A stretch of 64,000 nt of DNA from a candidate division WOR-3 bacterium (GCA_039804105.1 JBDRZU010000002.1:160001-224000), one strand, 5' to 3'. Positions 19,617 through 30,760 are shown, counted from the stretch's first letter. Notes: generated by a model not told the origin, from the sequence alone. Numbers and translations are program-made.

Positions 19617-20443
19617 TTTTTATAGCAGAATGTTATAAAACTTAACCATTTCCTTCTTGGATCATCGGTTATTATAACTCTTCTTGACAGATATCTTTCA
19701 TTGAAAACAGGTTTTCTTTTCTTTCTAGATACAATTTTAAGGATATCCTTTCCTCTAAAAATATCCCATAAAAACTGAAGAATTTTCAACTTCAATCTGT
19801 TTGGAACAAAAACATTTGTGAAGGGATAAAGAAAAATTTTAAGTTTTGTGATCCTTCCGATTTCATTTTTTAAAGGGATTCCGGTGAATGTTATCCCGAA
19901 TATCTTATAAAAATCAAAATACTTTGCAAGAATAGAATCAAGTTCGTAGTAGTTAAACTCTATTATATGGTGATGGTTCCAGGGAGTTTGGAAAGGTAGT
20001 AACCTTAAGTTTGAGTTTGGAGTTGTCAGTATCAAAATACCATCATCTTTTAAAATTCTCTTCATTTCAAAAAAGAATAGATCTATGTTTTCAATATGTT
20101 CAAGAACCTGAAACGCAACAACAACATCAAAATTTTTATCCTGAAACATCAGTCCTTTTTTTTCAAGTTTATCTATAAGTAAAAATTCAAGATTTTCCTG
20201 TCCATATTTTTCCCTCGCGATTTTGATCACATCCGGAGAAAGGTCTACACCAACAACTTTTTTTGCATATTTTTTTAATATTTGACTTCCGTATCCATAA
20301 CCACATCCAAAATCAAGCACAATTTTATCTTTCACATAATCTTGTATAAGTTCATAGGACATTTTATGAAAAATCAAAAGAGGAAACGATTCGTTATTCT
20401 GAGTTAATATCTCAGGATCCAACCTTTCACTTGTTTTTTCCAT
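19613..20443 (-). CDS. Class I SAM-dependent methyltransferase
   Basis: VLDFGCGYGYG, FDVVVAFQVLEHI, ILILTTPN. Confidence 0.9.
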   Translation of the reverse strand: MEKTSERLDPEILTQNNESFPLLIFHKMSYELIQDYVKDKIVLDFGCGYGYGSQILKKYAKKVVGVDLSPDVIKIAREKYGQENLEFLLIDKLEKKGLMFQDKNFDVVVAFQVLEHIENIDLFFFEMKRILKDDGILILTTPNSNLRLLPFQTPWNHHHIIEFNYYELDSILAKYFDFYKIFGITFTGIPLKNEIGRITKLKIFLYPFTNVFVPNRLKLKILQFLWDIFRGKDILKIVSRKKRKPVFNERYLSRRVIITDDPRRKWLSFITFCYKK

Positions 20444-20454
20444 TTTAATCCCCT

Positions 20455-21342
20455 TCAGTTTAAATTTGTTTTACCTTTAACATTGGTTAACAATTTTTCA
20501 AAAAGAGAGAACAAAAAAACAAAATATAACCTTATGATGATTCCACAATAAAGCACGAATTTTAAGATTCCAGTTTTTATAAAATGTTTTCTAAAGAAAT
20601 TAAACATTCCAAGGTTATGGTAAACCTGAGCTCTTGAAAAACCTTCTCTCACACTCGCTCCATGGAAATGGAAAACTACAGCATCGGGTAAAAAAACAAC
20701 CCTTTTTCCAATTTTCTTGATCCTATAACATAGATCTGTATCCTCAACAAAAAGTTTAAAATTCTCATCAAAGAAACCAATCTTTTCTAAAAGATCTCTT
20801 CTTAACATTACGGCTGCTCCCATCATCCAATCAACATCTTGTATTTTATCATAATCAAGATATTCAAGCATAAAATCTTTGCTTATCGGATTATTCGGGA
20901 AAATGTTTCTTAAAAGTGATTTTCTACCAAAGAAAACATTCAGATAGTTTGGAAATCTTCTACATGAGAGTTGTAAACTTCCATCAAAATTTTTTAATTT
21001 CGCTCCAACCATACCAACATCATTGTTTTTTTCAAGAAAATCTGCCATCTTTTCAAGTGCATTTTCGGTAACTATAGTATCAGGATTTAGCAAACATATA
21101 AATTCACCATAACTTCTTTCCATTGCAATGTTGTTTGCATAAGCAAATCCTTTATTTTTTCTCAATCTTATGAACCTAACATTTTTGAACTCATCATAAA
21201 TTATTCTCGTAGTCCTGTCAGAGGAACAGTTATCTACAACTATTATTTCAAAATCCATTTTCTTAAAAGATGAGATAACACTCTTTAAACAACTTTTTAT
21301 AAATTTTTCTGAATTGTAGGTTACGATTATTACACTTATCAT
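20455..21342 (-). CDS. Glycosyltransferase family 2 (WbbL/rhamnosyltransferase-like)
   Basis: ISVIIVTYNS, VVDNCSSD, LLNPDT, GFFDENF..FVEDTDLC. Start moved from 21399 to the ATG overlapping the upstream TGA. Confidence 0.9.
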   Translation of the reverse strand: MISVIIVTYNSEKFIKSCLKSVISSFKKMDFEIIVVDNCSSDRTTRIIYDEFKNVRFIRLRKNKGFAYANNIAMERSYGEFICLLNPDTIVTENALEKMADFLEKNNDVGMVGAKLKNFDGSLQLSCRRFPNYLNVFFGRKSLLRNIFPNNPISKDFMLEYLDYDKIQDVDWMMGAAVMLRRDLLEKIGFFDENFKLFVEDTDLCYRIKKIGKRVVFLPDAVVFHFHGASVREGFSRAQVYHNLGMFNFFRKHFIKTGILKFVLYCGIIIRLYFVFLFSLFEKLLTNVKGKTNLN

Positions 21343-22052
21343 AATTTTTTTAAAATGGTTAGAATCCTCAATCTCCAGACAAGCCAAAAGGCTTCCCATA
21401 TTATCTTTTTGTTCATCTTTGAATAACCATCAATTCTATCTCTGAAAATTATTGGGATCTCTTTAACTCTTCCATTTTTTCTATAAATTTTTACATCTAT
21501 CTCTATCTGAAAAGCGTATCCATCGGACTTTATTTTTGAAAGATCTATATTTTTCAAAAAGGATACTCTATAACATTTGAAACCACCAGTAAGATCATCT
21601 ATTGGAACACCTGTTATCAATTTTGCGTAAATGTTTGCAAAATATGAAAGCAAAAGTCTTTTCATCGGCCAGTTTACAACACTAACTCCATTGCAATACC
21701 TTGATCCAATCACAAGATCATAATTTTGGATTTCCTTCAAAAACCTTTTTATGTCATCAGGATCATGAGAAAAATCAGCATCCATCTCGAAAACATAATC
21801 ATAACCTTTTTCTATCGCATACTTGAATCCAAGAACATATGCGGTTCCAAGACCCATTTTTTTAGATCGTTGAATAAGATTTATCCTTTTATCCTTTTCG
21901 ATCATTCCTTTCACAATATCCGCTGTTTTATCAGGTGAGTTATCATCAATAACAAGTACTTCAATAGATTCATCCTGTTTTAAAACTGAATTGATAATTT
22001 TTTCTATGTTATACTTTTCGTTGTAAGTTGGAATAATTATTAAAGTTCTCAT
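21339..22052 (-). CDS. Polyprenol monophosphomannose synthase (Dpm1/Ppm1-like GT2)
   Basis: IIPTYNE, DDNSPD, GLGTAY..GF, EMDADFSHDP, IGSRY, DLTGGFKCY, GYAFQIE. Start set to the ATG after GAGAGG. Confidence 0.92.
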   Translation of the reverse strand: MRTLIIIPTYNEKYNIEKIINSVLKQDESIEVLVIDDNSPDKTADIVKGMIEKDKRINLIQRSKKMGLGTAYVLGFKYAIEKGYDYVFEMDADFSHDPDDIKRFLKEIQNYDLVIGSRYCNGVSVVNWPMKRLLLSYFANIYAKLITGVPIDDLTGGFKCYRVSFLKNIDLSKIKSDGYAFQIEIDVKIYRKNGRVKEIPIIFRDRIDGYSKMNKKIIWEAFWLVWRLRILTILKKL

Positions 22053-22083
22053 ATGACAACCTCTCATAAATTATACAAAATTT

Positions 22084-24576
22084 TTATCTTCTGTTCAACA
22101 TAATCCTTTTTTCAAAAAAGAAAACTAAAAAGGCGATGATTATCCCCAAAATTGATATCAGAAGTGAAACAATTTGCAAATTTGGGGAGAAAGAAAATAC
22201 AATCTTATTTTTCCCTTTTTCAATCTTCACTCCTCTGAAAATTCCATCGACCTTCAACAGTTGAGAACAATTAGCGTTAACATTTACCTTCCATCCTTTA
22301 TAGTATTGGTCAAGCATCACAAGTATAGATTCTTTATTCGTTTGAACTGTAAGTGAAACTTTATTTGGTGTATAAATTATAGAATCGATACGATACTCTA
22401 AAACACTATCCATTTTTTGTAAATCCACTTCTGAATTTTCAACAATCGCATATTTTCTTGGATTGAAATATTCTCTATCGATTATATTTAAAGCTTCGTT
22501 TATGTTATCTACTTTTATAAAAGAATCCACAACAAAAAATCTGGGTACAAAATCAGTTGAAATATGTAACATATAATCGTTTCCATAGAAGAATGGTTGA
22601 AATCCCATATTTCTAAAAAGGTTCTGATAAAAAATAATCATATTCTGTGTTGAAAGGGGGTATCCAGTTGTATCCTCTGGAATTTTTGGTGTTATAAGGT
22701 ATTTTACATTCAACAATCTTAACCTGTTCTTCTTATCGAAGAGTGTTTGTGGATTGAACATTACAGAACCTGAATTATTGATAAAAATCTGGTATTCATA
22801 AAAAGGACTTGGATGGATACCGGATATGGTCTGGATTCCATAGAGATTTAAGAAATCGTTTTCACCATATGAAATTGGAAAAACTCTAAAAAGATCCATA
22901 TCTTTTTGGATCTGTGAAACAATTTCATCCTTTTTATAGTATTCACCAGGTGATGGTACCGAAACCACATAATCTTTTGAATAGTAATACATTTCAAAAA
23001 ATTGAAACAAACTCATAGAGAGTAAAAGATAGAATCTGTTGATATTTTTAAATTTTGAAATAACAAAAAAAACCGAAACTATAATAATTATGTTGAAAAC
23101 AATTATTAATTTTAGATTGTTCAAACAATACCTTAGGTTGTTGATTCTCATCTGTTTTATGTTTTCAGGAAAAGTTTGTAAAATATTTTTTGAAAACAGA
23201 TTCTCATAAATAACTGGAAAAAGAATAATCGAAAGACCAAGAAGAGTTATCAGAATCAAAGATATTCTCAAAGATTTCAAATCGATATCCTTTAGCATCA
23301 AAGAGGATAGTGTTACGAGAGAGAAAATGTTTATAAAGATGATAAGTTCAGGTGCCCTGAATTTATCAAAATATGGAAACATTATCCAGAAAAATCTAAA
23401 AAATGGTGTCTTTCCACCAAGTGCTATTAAAAGAGTTATAAAAAAGACAATCGTGAAAAAACTTTGAACTCTATCCTTTTTACTCCTTAAAATTCCTGCT
23501 AATCCAAAAAACATTATCAATATTCCTGGATAAGAGTGGTGAAGCTTGAAAGGATTTTCACCCCAGTATGTGTTAATCTGTCCAACATTGACACCAGCGA
23601 AACCATGGAAGAACATATCTATTATATCAGGGAATCCCATCGACCAACTGATAGAATAATTGTAATCTCTTGATATTCCTCTTGCAGCTTCAGGTAAAAA
23701 TCTCAAAATTGGAACATATTGAACCGATGAAACAAGAAAAGTGATAAAGGTAAAAAAGATTAAAGAAGAATACACCATTAAACTTTTTTTATTAAAATAC
23801 TTATCAAGTATCATGGGTAAAAACACTGTTATCAAAAGAAAAATTAAAAAACCCAAATTTTTGTTTACAAATGAAAAAATCACTCCTAAAATGAATGAAA
23901 CAAGATAAGTCCAGTTTCTATATTTATTTTTGAAATCTCTATCAATATGTAAAAATGATACAAAAAAGAGTGAAGTTAGCAAAACATAGTAAGATGATTG
24001 AATATGACCTGAAAGAAACATGAATCCTGAAGCAATCCCTCCAAAACCATAATAGAACAATTTTTCTTTTTGAAAACCCATATAAACAAAATACAGAACA
24101 AGTGGTAGATAAGACATAACAATAACTCTTCCATCATGTCCACCATAGGTTTCAGTCAAAATTATTCCTGTGAACATATAAGCAATGCTTCCAAAGAATG
24201 AAATATCTTTATTGTCCGTTAATTCCTTCAGAAACATATATGTTCCAAATCCTGCTATAAATGAATGTATTACAAAAGTCAGAGTCCACAGGATAAACAT
24301 AGGAATAAACATTTTTAAAAATAGAGTTATAGGATAGAATATGTCTCCAAGAAAACCTTCACCTGTTGGAATACCCGTAAATTTCATTGGATTCCATAAA
24401 GGAAAATTTCCACTCATTATATTTTCTTGAACAAAATATCTCTGTATATATTCACCCATAACCCAATCTGTACCAAATAACATTTTTCCTGTGAAAAGAA
24501 CTTTACCAAAAATTATCAATGGCAAAATCGCAAGAACAACAATGTAAACAGTGTCTTTTCTAATACTATTTTTCAT
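22084..24576 (-). CDS. YfhO family GT-C fold membrane glycosyltransferase
   Basis: PLWNP..FTG.P, FYP, HSFIAGFGTY, about 13 TM helices, C-terminal PRFF...YTPN...YYKGW...FRGV..G domain. Start set to the ATG after GGAGG. Confidence 0.85.
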   Translation of the reverse strand: MKNSIRKDTVYIVVLAILPLIIFGKVLFTGKMLFGTDWVMGEYIQRYFVQENIMSGNFPLWNPMKFTGIPTGEGFLGDIFYPITLFLKMFIPMFILWTLTFVIHSFIAGFGTYMFLKELTDNKDISFFGSIAYMFTGIILTETYGGHDGRVIVMSYLPLVLYFVYMGFQKEKLFYYGFGGIASGFMFLSGHIQSSYYVLLTSLFFVSFLHIDRDFKNKYRNWTYLVSFILGVIFSFVNKNLGFLIFLLITVFLPMILDKYFNKKSLMVYSSLIFFTFITFLVSSVQYVPILRFLPEAARGISRDYNYSISWSMGFPDIIDMFFHGFAGVNVGQINTYWGENPFKLHHSYPGILIMFFGLAGILRSKKDRVQSFFTIVFFITLLIALGGKTPFFRFFWIMFPYFDKFRAPELIIFINIFSLVTLSSLMLKDIDLKSLRISLILITLLGLSIILFPVIYENLFSKNILQTFPENIKQMRINNLRYCLNNLKLIIVFNIIIIVSVFFVISKFKNINRFYLLLSMSLFQFFEMYYYSKDYVVSVPSPGEYYKKDEIVSQIQKDMDLFRVFPISYGENDFLNLYGIQTISGIHPSPFYEYQIFINNSGSVMFNPQTLFDKKNRLRLLNVKYLITPKIPEDTTGYPLSTQNMIIFYQNLFRNMGFQPFFYGNDYMLHISTDFVPRFFVVDSFIKVDNINEALNIIDREYFNPRKYAIVENSEVDLQKMDSVLEYRIDSIIYTPNKVSLTVQTNKESILVMLDQYYKGWKVNVNANCSQLLKVDGIFRGVKIEKGKNKIVFSFSPNLQIVSLLISILGIIIAFLVFFFEKRIMLNRR

Positions 24577-25480
24577 TTTTCCTCCATATTTTTTTATCAC
24601 CTATAAAGAAGAAAAGATAGAATATTTCACCTATGGTAACTTGAATTCTTGAAAGTAAAGATCCGATAGCAGCCATTTCTGTTCCAGTATATCCTTTCAA
24701 AAGAAAGAATATCATACCTTCTCTTACACCTATACCAGCGGGCATTAAAATAGATAAGAAGCCAACAACCCAGCTGGAAGGATAAACGCTCAACAGTCCT
24801 ATAAAATCATAAGTTTTTAATGTGAAAGAGTATATCAAAAGATAAAACTCAATACCTGAAAAGATCCATACCAAAAAATAAAGAAACATTATAAAAATGT
24901 ATTCATCAAAACCAATAACAAATTCAAACTTTTCCTTTTTCAAAAATCTGAACATAAGATTTATAACTTTTGTAAAAACAGCAGGCAGAGAGAACAGTAT
25001 GAAAAATAGAAAAAGTGTTAAAGATAGAATGATATATAAAATGTTTTGATTCGATCTGATTATTGTAACAAGAAAGAAAAACGCACCCGTCAAAAGAAGC
25101 AGATATGTTTCAAGAACAACAGCGGTAAAAGATTTTTTCTTTGGAACACCAACCCGTTCAAGTAGAGCGATTCTGCCAACTGTAAACCAGAGTTTTCCTG
25201 GAATATACTTACCAAACATTGAAATCCCTATTATCCTCATCAAAGTATAAAGATCAACATCATGCCCCAAAGATATTAAAATCCTTTTAAAGGAAAAACA
25301 CATAAAAAAATACCATACAGGTATCATCAAAAAGGAAAGTGTAAGAAAGTAGAAATTGAATTTAATAGATTTGAAATCGACCTGTTTTATATAACCAAAA
25401 AGTTTATAGAATATAAAAAAAACTATCAGAATAACTATTATAACCAAAACAAAATTAAAAATTTTTTCTTTTTTATTCAT
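24566..25480 (-). CDS. Lysylphosphatidylglycerol synthase TM / flippase-like domain protein
   Basis: GKYIPGK.W, GFLSILMPAGIGVREG, LLSR motifs. Confidence 0.85.
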   Translation of the reverse strand: MNKKEKIFNFVLVIIVILIVFFIFYKLFGYIKQVDFKSIKFNFYFLTLSFLMIPVWYFFMCFSFKRILISLGHDVDLYTLMRIIGISMFGKYIPGKLWFTVGRIALLERVGVPKKKSFTAVVLETYLLLLTGAFFFLVTIIRSNQNILYIILSLTLFLFFILFSLPAVFTKVINLMFRFLKKEKFEFVIGFDEYIFIMFLYFLVWIFSGIEFYLLIYSFTLKTYDFIGLLSVYPSSWVVGFLSILMPAGIGVREGMIFFLLKGYTGTEMAAIGSLLSRIQVTIGEIFYLFFFIGDKKIWRKNEK

Positions 25481-26639
25481 TGATTAAATCCATATATTTT
25501 CTGTTTACGCTATCGATCGAAAACTTTTCCTTTATCTTTTTGAAACCATTTTCTTGCAACTCTTTATACATTTTTTCATTTTCAATAATATAATTTATTT
25601 TATCTGCGAGTTCTTTTTCATCCTTTTCTCTAACAAGAAGCCCTGTCACTCTATCCTCTATTATATCAACTATTCCTCCAACATTCGTGCCTATTGAAAC
25701 AGTTCCGTTAACGATCGCTTCAACGAGAACCATACCAAGTCCTTCTGTATCACCATTTCTGTCATGGATTGCAGGAAGAACAAATATTTTACTTTTTCGA
25801 TAATATTCGATCAAATCCTTATCACCTACAAAACCAAGGAATTTTACACGCTCTGAAAGTTTTTCTTTTTTTACTAGTTTTTCAAGTTCACTTTTTTTAT
25901 ACCCATCACCAACAATATAAAGTTTATAATCAGTTTTTACAAACTTCATCGCTTTGATAAGATAATCCACCCCTTTTCTCTCAACCAACCTTCCAACAAA
26001 AAGAATTATGTTCTCTTTTTCTGAAAAATTGATTTTTTCTTCAATCCGAACACCATAGGGAATAACCTCTATACTATATTTTTTGTTGCAAGTAATCTCT
26101 TCTATCTGTTTTTTTGTATATGAAGAGATAGCAACTATTTTATAAGAATTCTTCAAAATCAAATTGAGGATAATTTTTTTACCAAAAAAACTTTTTTTGA
26201 AAAGTTTTAATTCAGCCCCGTAGAATACAGAAATTATTTTCTTTTTAAAAAATAGTTTTGCAGGAAAAGAGATAAAAAAAAGTGGAAATGGCCAATGCAC
26301 AAATATAAAATCTATCTTTTCATTTTTTAAAATTTTTAAATTTTCAATTATTCCCGTTAAAAAAAATAATGGTAAAAGAAAGAATGCCTTTTTGTTAAAT
26401 TTTAAATAATCCATTATAGTATAATCATGAGTAATTTTCATGAGGTTGTTTGGCGCATAGTTGAATCTAAAAATTTTAATTTTTTTATATTTCTGTTTTT
26501 TGGATACATTTTTATAACCTGAGGTTAAAACAAAAACCTTATTCGTTTTTGATTGTTCTTCCAGAAGATCAACAAGCCATGGAGTTATTATATCTTCTTT
26601 ATTCCTTTTAAATGCGGTTGTTATATGGAGTAATTTCAT
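25473..26639 (-). CDS. Glycosyltransferase family 4
   Basis: ILFVGRLVERKGVDYL, DTEGLGMVLVEA, GGIVDII. Confidence 0.93.
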   Translation of the reverse strand: MKLLHITTAFKRNKEDIITPWLVDLLEEQSKTNKVFVLTSGYKNVSKKQKYKKIKIFRFNYAPNNLMKITHDYTIMDYLKFNKKAFFLLPLFFLTGIIENLKILKNEKIDFIFVHWPFPLFFISFPAKLFFKKKIISVFYGAELKLFKKSFFGKKIILNLILKNSYKIVAISSYTKKQIEEITCNKKYSIEVIPYGVRIEEKINFSEKENIILFVGRLVERKGVDYLIKAMKFVKTDYKLYIVGDGYKKSELEKLVKKEKLSERVKFLGFVGDKDLIEYYRKSKIFVLPAIHDRNGDTEGLGMVLVEAIVNGTVSIGTNVGGIVDIIEDRVTGLLVREKDEKELADKINYIIENEKMYKELQENGFKKIKEKFSIDSVNRKYMDLINE

Positions 26640-26640
26640 A

Positions 26641-27321
26641 TCAGTTCAAAAAACCTATTTTTAAAATTGTATAAAAGGTTCTAATCGCATCTTTTATTCT
26701 GATTTTTTTACCCTCTTTGTAACTTCTCGGATAATAGTTGATCGGGATCTCTTTAATCTTTACTCCCATCCTTTTCAATTTCATCGTTATCTCTGGATCT
26801 ATTCCAAATCCTTTTGAAGTAATTTCAATTTTTTTAAAATAATCACTTCTTACCATCTTATAACATGTTTCCATATCCTCTATTCTCTGCCCAAGAAAAA
26901 AAGATGTTGAGAAAGTCATAATCATATTTCCCAGAAATTGTAGGAAAGTTAATTTTTTTATGTTTTGTTTAGTGAACCTGTTACCATAACAAGCAATACT
27001 TTTTCCTTCAACGATCGGTTTAATGAGTTTTAGAAGATCGTTTGGATCATATTCAAGATCAGCATCCTGAATAACAACCACATCTCCTGTAACAAATTTC
27101 TGTCCCGTTTTTATTGCTCCCGCTTTACCAACATTTTTATCATGGAATCTAACTTTGACGACATCATCTTTTAAATCTCTTAAAATCTCTCTTGTGCCAT
27201 CGGTAGACATATCGTCAACAACAATTATCTCTTTATCTAATGGTACACTTTTCACTTTTTCTATTATCTTTAAAATATAATCTTTTTCATTATAAACTGG
27301 AATAATAACGGAGAGTTTCAT
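26641..27321 (-). CDS. Glycosyltransferase family 2 (DPM/DPG synthase-like)
   Basis: IIPVYNE, VDDMSTDGT, IQDADLEYDP, DMETCYK, EGKKI. Confidence 0.92.
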   Translation of the reverse strand: MKLSVIIPVYNEKDYILKIIEKVKSVPLDKEIIVVDDMSTDGTREILRDLKDDVVKVRFHDKNVGKAGAIKTGQKFVTGDVVVIQDADLEYDPNDLLKLIKPIVEGKSIACYGNRFTKQNIKKLTFLQFLGNMIMTFSTSFFLGQRIEDMETCYKMVRSDYFKKIEITSKGFGIDPEITMKLKRMGVKIKEIPINYYPRSYKEGKKIRIKDAIRTFYTILKIGFLN

Positions 27322-28226
27322 AACTTTTTTTTCAACTCTTCGATATCCTCAATAACTATCGATAAAAGTTCAGAAACAAAACCAAGAATGAACATCAAAA
27401 GACCTGAAATTATTAAAAGTATCACAAGATATAGAATTGGCCTAAAACCAAAACCAAAAAATAATCTAACGATCAAAGCAATAATACCTATTAAAAAACC
27501 AAGTATAAAAAGAATACCTCCACTTATTCCAAAAAATATCATCGGTTTTTTCAAAAATGTTGTTAAAAATTTAACAGTCAAAAGATCAAAAAATCCTATC
27601 AGGATTCTGAAGGAATTTGAATATTTTGAAACACCGTGTTTTCTTGGGTAAAGGGTCACTTTTTCCTCGGTCACAGAGAACCCTTTTTCAATTGCAAGAG
27701 ATACAATATATCTGTGCCAATCTCTTCTTAAATGTATAGAATCAAGAACCTCTTTCTTGAACGCTTTAAGTCCATTCTGATCATGTATTGGAAGATTAAA
27801 AAATTTTCTTGAAAGATAGTTATAAATCTTTGAGACGAATGCTTTTTTATATTTACCCTGCTTCCAACCAGTACAGATATCAAAATCATCATTTTCTATT
27901 CTCTTCACGAGTTTAAGACAATCATCAAAAGAATATTGCATATCAGCATCATAGATTACAAAAATTTCTCCTGCAGAGATTTCTTTCGCTGTTAAAATAC
28001 CGGCTGTTTTTCCAAGATTTTTTTTATGTTTTAAAACTTTTATGTTCTGGAATTTTTTTGACAATTCAAAAGCTTTTTTGTAAGTCCCATCATTCGAACC
28101 ATCATCCACAAAAACAAGTTCCCATAAATAATTTTGACTTTGATTGAACTTGTCGAAAGTTTCAAAAAGTTCATCAACATTTTCAACTTCATTGTACGCT
28201 GAACATAAAACCGATACCTTTATCAT
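27318..28226 (-). CDS. Glycosyltransferase family 2 (ArnC/GtrB-like, two C-terminal TM helices)
   Basis: AYNE, VDDGSNDGT, DADMQ, HDQNGLK, HRYI, R.HG.SKY, C-terminal TM hairpin. Confidence 0.9.
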   Translation of the reverse strand: MIKVSVLCSAYNEVENVDELFETFDKFNQSQNYLWELVFVDDGSNDGTYKKAFELSKKFQNIKVLKHKKNLGKTAGILTAKEISAGEIFVIYDADMQYSFDDCLKLVKRIENDDFDICTGWKQGKYKKAFVSKIYNYLSRKFFNLPIHDQNGLKAFKKEVLDSIHLRRDWHRYIVSLAIEKGFSVTEEKVTLYPRKHGVSKYSNSFRILIGFFDLLTVKFLTTFLKKPMIFFGISGGILFILGFLIGIIALIVRLFFGFGFRPILYLVILLIISGLLMFILGFVSELLSIVIEDIEELKKKL

Positions 28227-30760
28227 TTTATCCTCAACACTTTATCAACTATTTCTTGATATCCGTTTTTAAACTTAATATAGTAAACACCTTGCGGAAG
28301 TTTATCATCGATAACTATTTCAGTTTTTTCATTCAAATTAAATTTTCTGTTGATCACTTTTTGTCCCAAAGCATTGATAACATCCATTTCAACTTTTCCA
28401 GTGCCTTCTAAAAAAACTCTGTATGGATTTTTTTCAGACCAGTAAAAACTGTTCGTATAGAGTATCATTTCATTCCCAAAAGAATCGATATTTACGCTTC
28501 CTACTTTAATCTTTAAACCACTCGTTCTTATCAAAAATAGATTATATGTGCCACCATCAACATTTTTATGAACAAATCTATTGTTATTCTTCTCACTTTT
28601 AAAAATTTCTTTTTCATTAAATTCAATTGAAATTTTAGAAAAATATGGATCCTCGATTTGATACTCGATTATCACATTTTCACCATCCCTTCTTGAAGTT
28701 ATGTCTATATTTTCAAGTTTTGTATCAACTGAAAAAGTGCCTGTTCCACCTGCTTCTTTATACCTTGCAACAAACTCCTGTAAAAACATTTCAGCAAAAT
28801 ATTTTGAATGCAATATAACACAGTTCTCATCGTTACCTGTTTCAGCAGCATCTGTCCAATTGTATGAGCCCGTAATCACTATTGGATTTGAATTCCAAAG
28901 ATCAGCATCGATAAGCATATACTTGTGGTGTAAAAGATTCCCAGAAACATTATCTTTGAAAACATCGGCAGGTGGAGACCACGGGTTATTTGAAAATGAG
29001 CTGTTATAAAGCCCTCTCATATCAAGTGATTTTGAATAATCAGCATTCCAATATGTTGCGTCAAAAACTCCTCTCACAACAACTCCATTATCATATTTTG
29101 ATTTCATTGCATCACATATACCCTGATGAGAAAAAGTAAATATACAAAAGTAAATCGATTTATTTGCAGTGGAAATTGCGTTTATTATTTTTGAGGCAAC
29201 ACCATCCGACGGTGACATATATACTTCAACAGTATCATTTGCAACAATAAATTTATGTGTAATATTATCGGTTTTTTGAGTTGAAAACTTTGATTTTGTA
29301 GAATCAGGTATCATCGTTGTAGAACCCCACATTTCTGAAAATTCTTTAATAAAATTTTCTGCAACCTGTCTATCTTTGATAATTATTGAATTGTTTGCAT
29401 TCAGATCTGTACAGTTGTCAGTTACATTCCAAGACCCTGTAAATGTTATCGAACTATCGATAACACAAAATTTGTTATGCATAATATTTGAACCACCATA
29501 AGTTAAAGGATAATCATCGTCAATAACTTTAATGCCCGCACTTTCGAGTTGTGCAACCTCAGGTAAAGTTCTGTTATCTTTATCCGTTATAAATCTTATT
29601 TTCACTCCTCTATTATGTGCAGCAATAAGTGAATCAGCAACAATTCTTCTATCAAAATCATAGAAACAACAATCAATCGTTTTAGTTGCATTATGTATAT
29701 AAACACAAAGAATGCTATCGAGTGATGAAGTATCCTCTGCAATATTGTATATCCCAAGTGTTTCCTCAACAGTTTTGTTAAAATGAACATCAAAAAAAGT
29801 ATCAAGTGTATCTATAACTATATATCTATAATAATCTGTCGGGGCAAGTGGCGGTAGAAATCTTATTCTGTTTTTATCATCATAACCTTTAATATAATAT
29901 CTTAAATCAGTATGTATAGGATAAGACGGAATGGTTTCAACATAAGTAGTATCATCTATCTTTGCCATTAGAATTGAATCTTTTGTATAAAAATTGTTTG
30001 TTGAATAAAATATTTTTAAATACTGAATCGTAGTATCAGAAAAAGCGTTACATGAGATAACAGTCTTATCGAGAAATGTTGGTGAGGATGGTGTCCTTAT
30101 TTGATTTTTAAGAGAAAAATAAGATGGATTGAGTCCTCCTGTATCAGGACCTGATGTTGATTGTCCTGATGCTCTATTCCAGACATAAGACAATGATTCT
30201 GAAACCTCTCCATAATATTCAACACCTTCAAGATCCTCAGGCCATCTAATGTATGACAGATCGGTAACAGGTGTTACAGGTATAGGATACCAGACACTTT
30301 CAGGATTTGCGGTTGTATATTTTGTTATATAAGCAAAACAATCGATTATCGAATCGGAACTATTTTTTAAATATATCTGATCACCGGTATTGGCGAGTGC
30401 GAAACTACCATTGATTTGGAGCGCTCTTGTTCCACTTGTTCCAGGATATGCAGCGAAATCAGGATAAAAACCATACTGTTTGTAAAAAGAATCAGCATAC
30501 ATTGCAAGAGTTATTTTTCCTTTAGGATAAAGGTAATAGTTATTCGAAGGGATAGTCCAGATTCCCTCTCCATCTGTTATTTTCCATCCATCGATAAGAA
30601 CCGGTGCGTCACTTTTATTAAAAATCTCTATCCATTCAGATCGATCTCCTCCTATACTTGGATCAACAAGAACTTCTGTTATCAAAGGATTATGTGAAAA
30701 CAGAAAAACATAATAAATTAGAGAAATTACAAACAAAAATTTTTTTTTCATAATCAACAT
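28223..30760 (-). CDS. Secreted phospholipase D-family protein with lamin-tail domain and T9SS-like C-terminal domain
   Basis: Signal peptide; LTD (ITEVLVDP...EWIEIFN, LANTGD); two HKD motifs (MHNKFCVID, LHHKYMLID); C-terminus INALGQKV...LPQGVYYIKF. Confidence 0.88.
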   Translation of the reverse strand: MLIMKKKFLFVISLIYYVFLFSHNPLITEVLVDPSIGGDRSEWIEIFNKSDAPVLIDGWKITDGEGIWTIPSNNYYLYPKGKITLAMYADSFYKQYGFYPDFAAYPGTSGTRALQINGSFALANTGDQIYLKNSSDSIIDCFAYITKYTTANPESVWYPIPVTPVTDLSYIRWPEDLEGVEYYGEVSESLSYVWNRASGQSTSGPDTGGLNPSYFSLKNQIRTPSSPTFLDKTVISCNAFSDTTIQYLKIFYSTNNFYTKDSILMAKIDDTTYVETIPSYPIHTDLRYYIKGYDDKNRIRFLPPLAPTDYYRYIVIDTLDTFFDVHFNKTVEETLGIYNIAEDTSSLDSILCVYIHNATKTIDCCFYDFDRRIVADSLIAAHNRGVKIRFITDKDNRTLPEVAQLESAGIKVIDDDYPLTYGGSNIMHNKFCVIDSSITFTGSWNVTDNCTDLNANNSIIIKDRQVAENFIKEFSEMWGSTTMIPDSTKSKFSTQKTDNITHKFIVANDTVEVYMSPSDGVASKIINAISTANKSIYFCIFTFSHQGICDAMKSKYDNGVVVRGVFDATYWNADYSKSLDMRGLYNSSFSNNPWSPPADVFKDNVSGNLLHHKYMLIDADLWNSNPIVITGSYNWTDAAETGNDENCVILHSKYFAEMFLQEFVARYKEAGGTGTFSVDTKLENIDITSRRDGENVIIEYQIEDPYFSKISIEFNEKEIFKSEKNNNRFVHKNVDGGTYNLFLIRTSGLKIKVGSVNIDSFGNEMILYTNSFYWSEKNPYRVFLEGTGKVEMDVINALGQKVINRKFNLNEKTEIVIDDKLPQGVYYIKFKNGYQEIVDKVLRIK

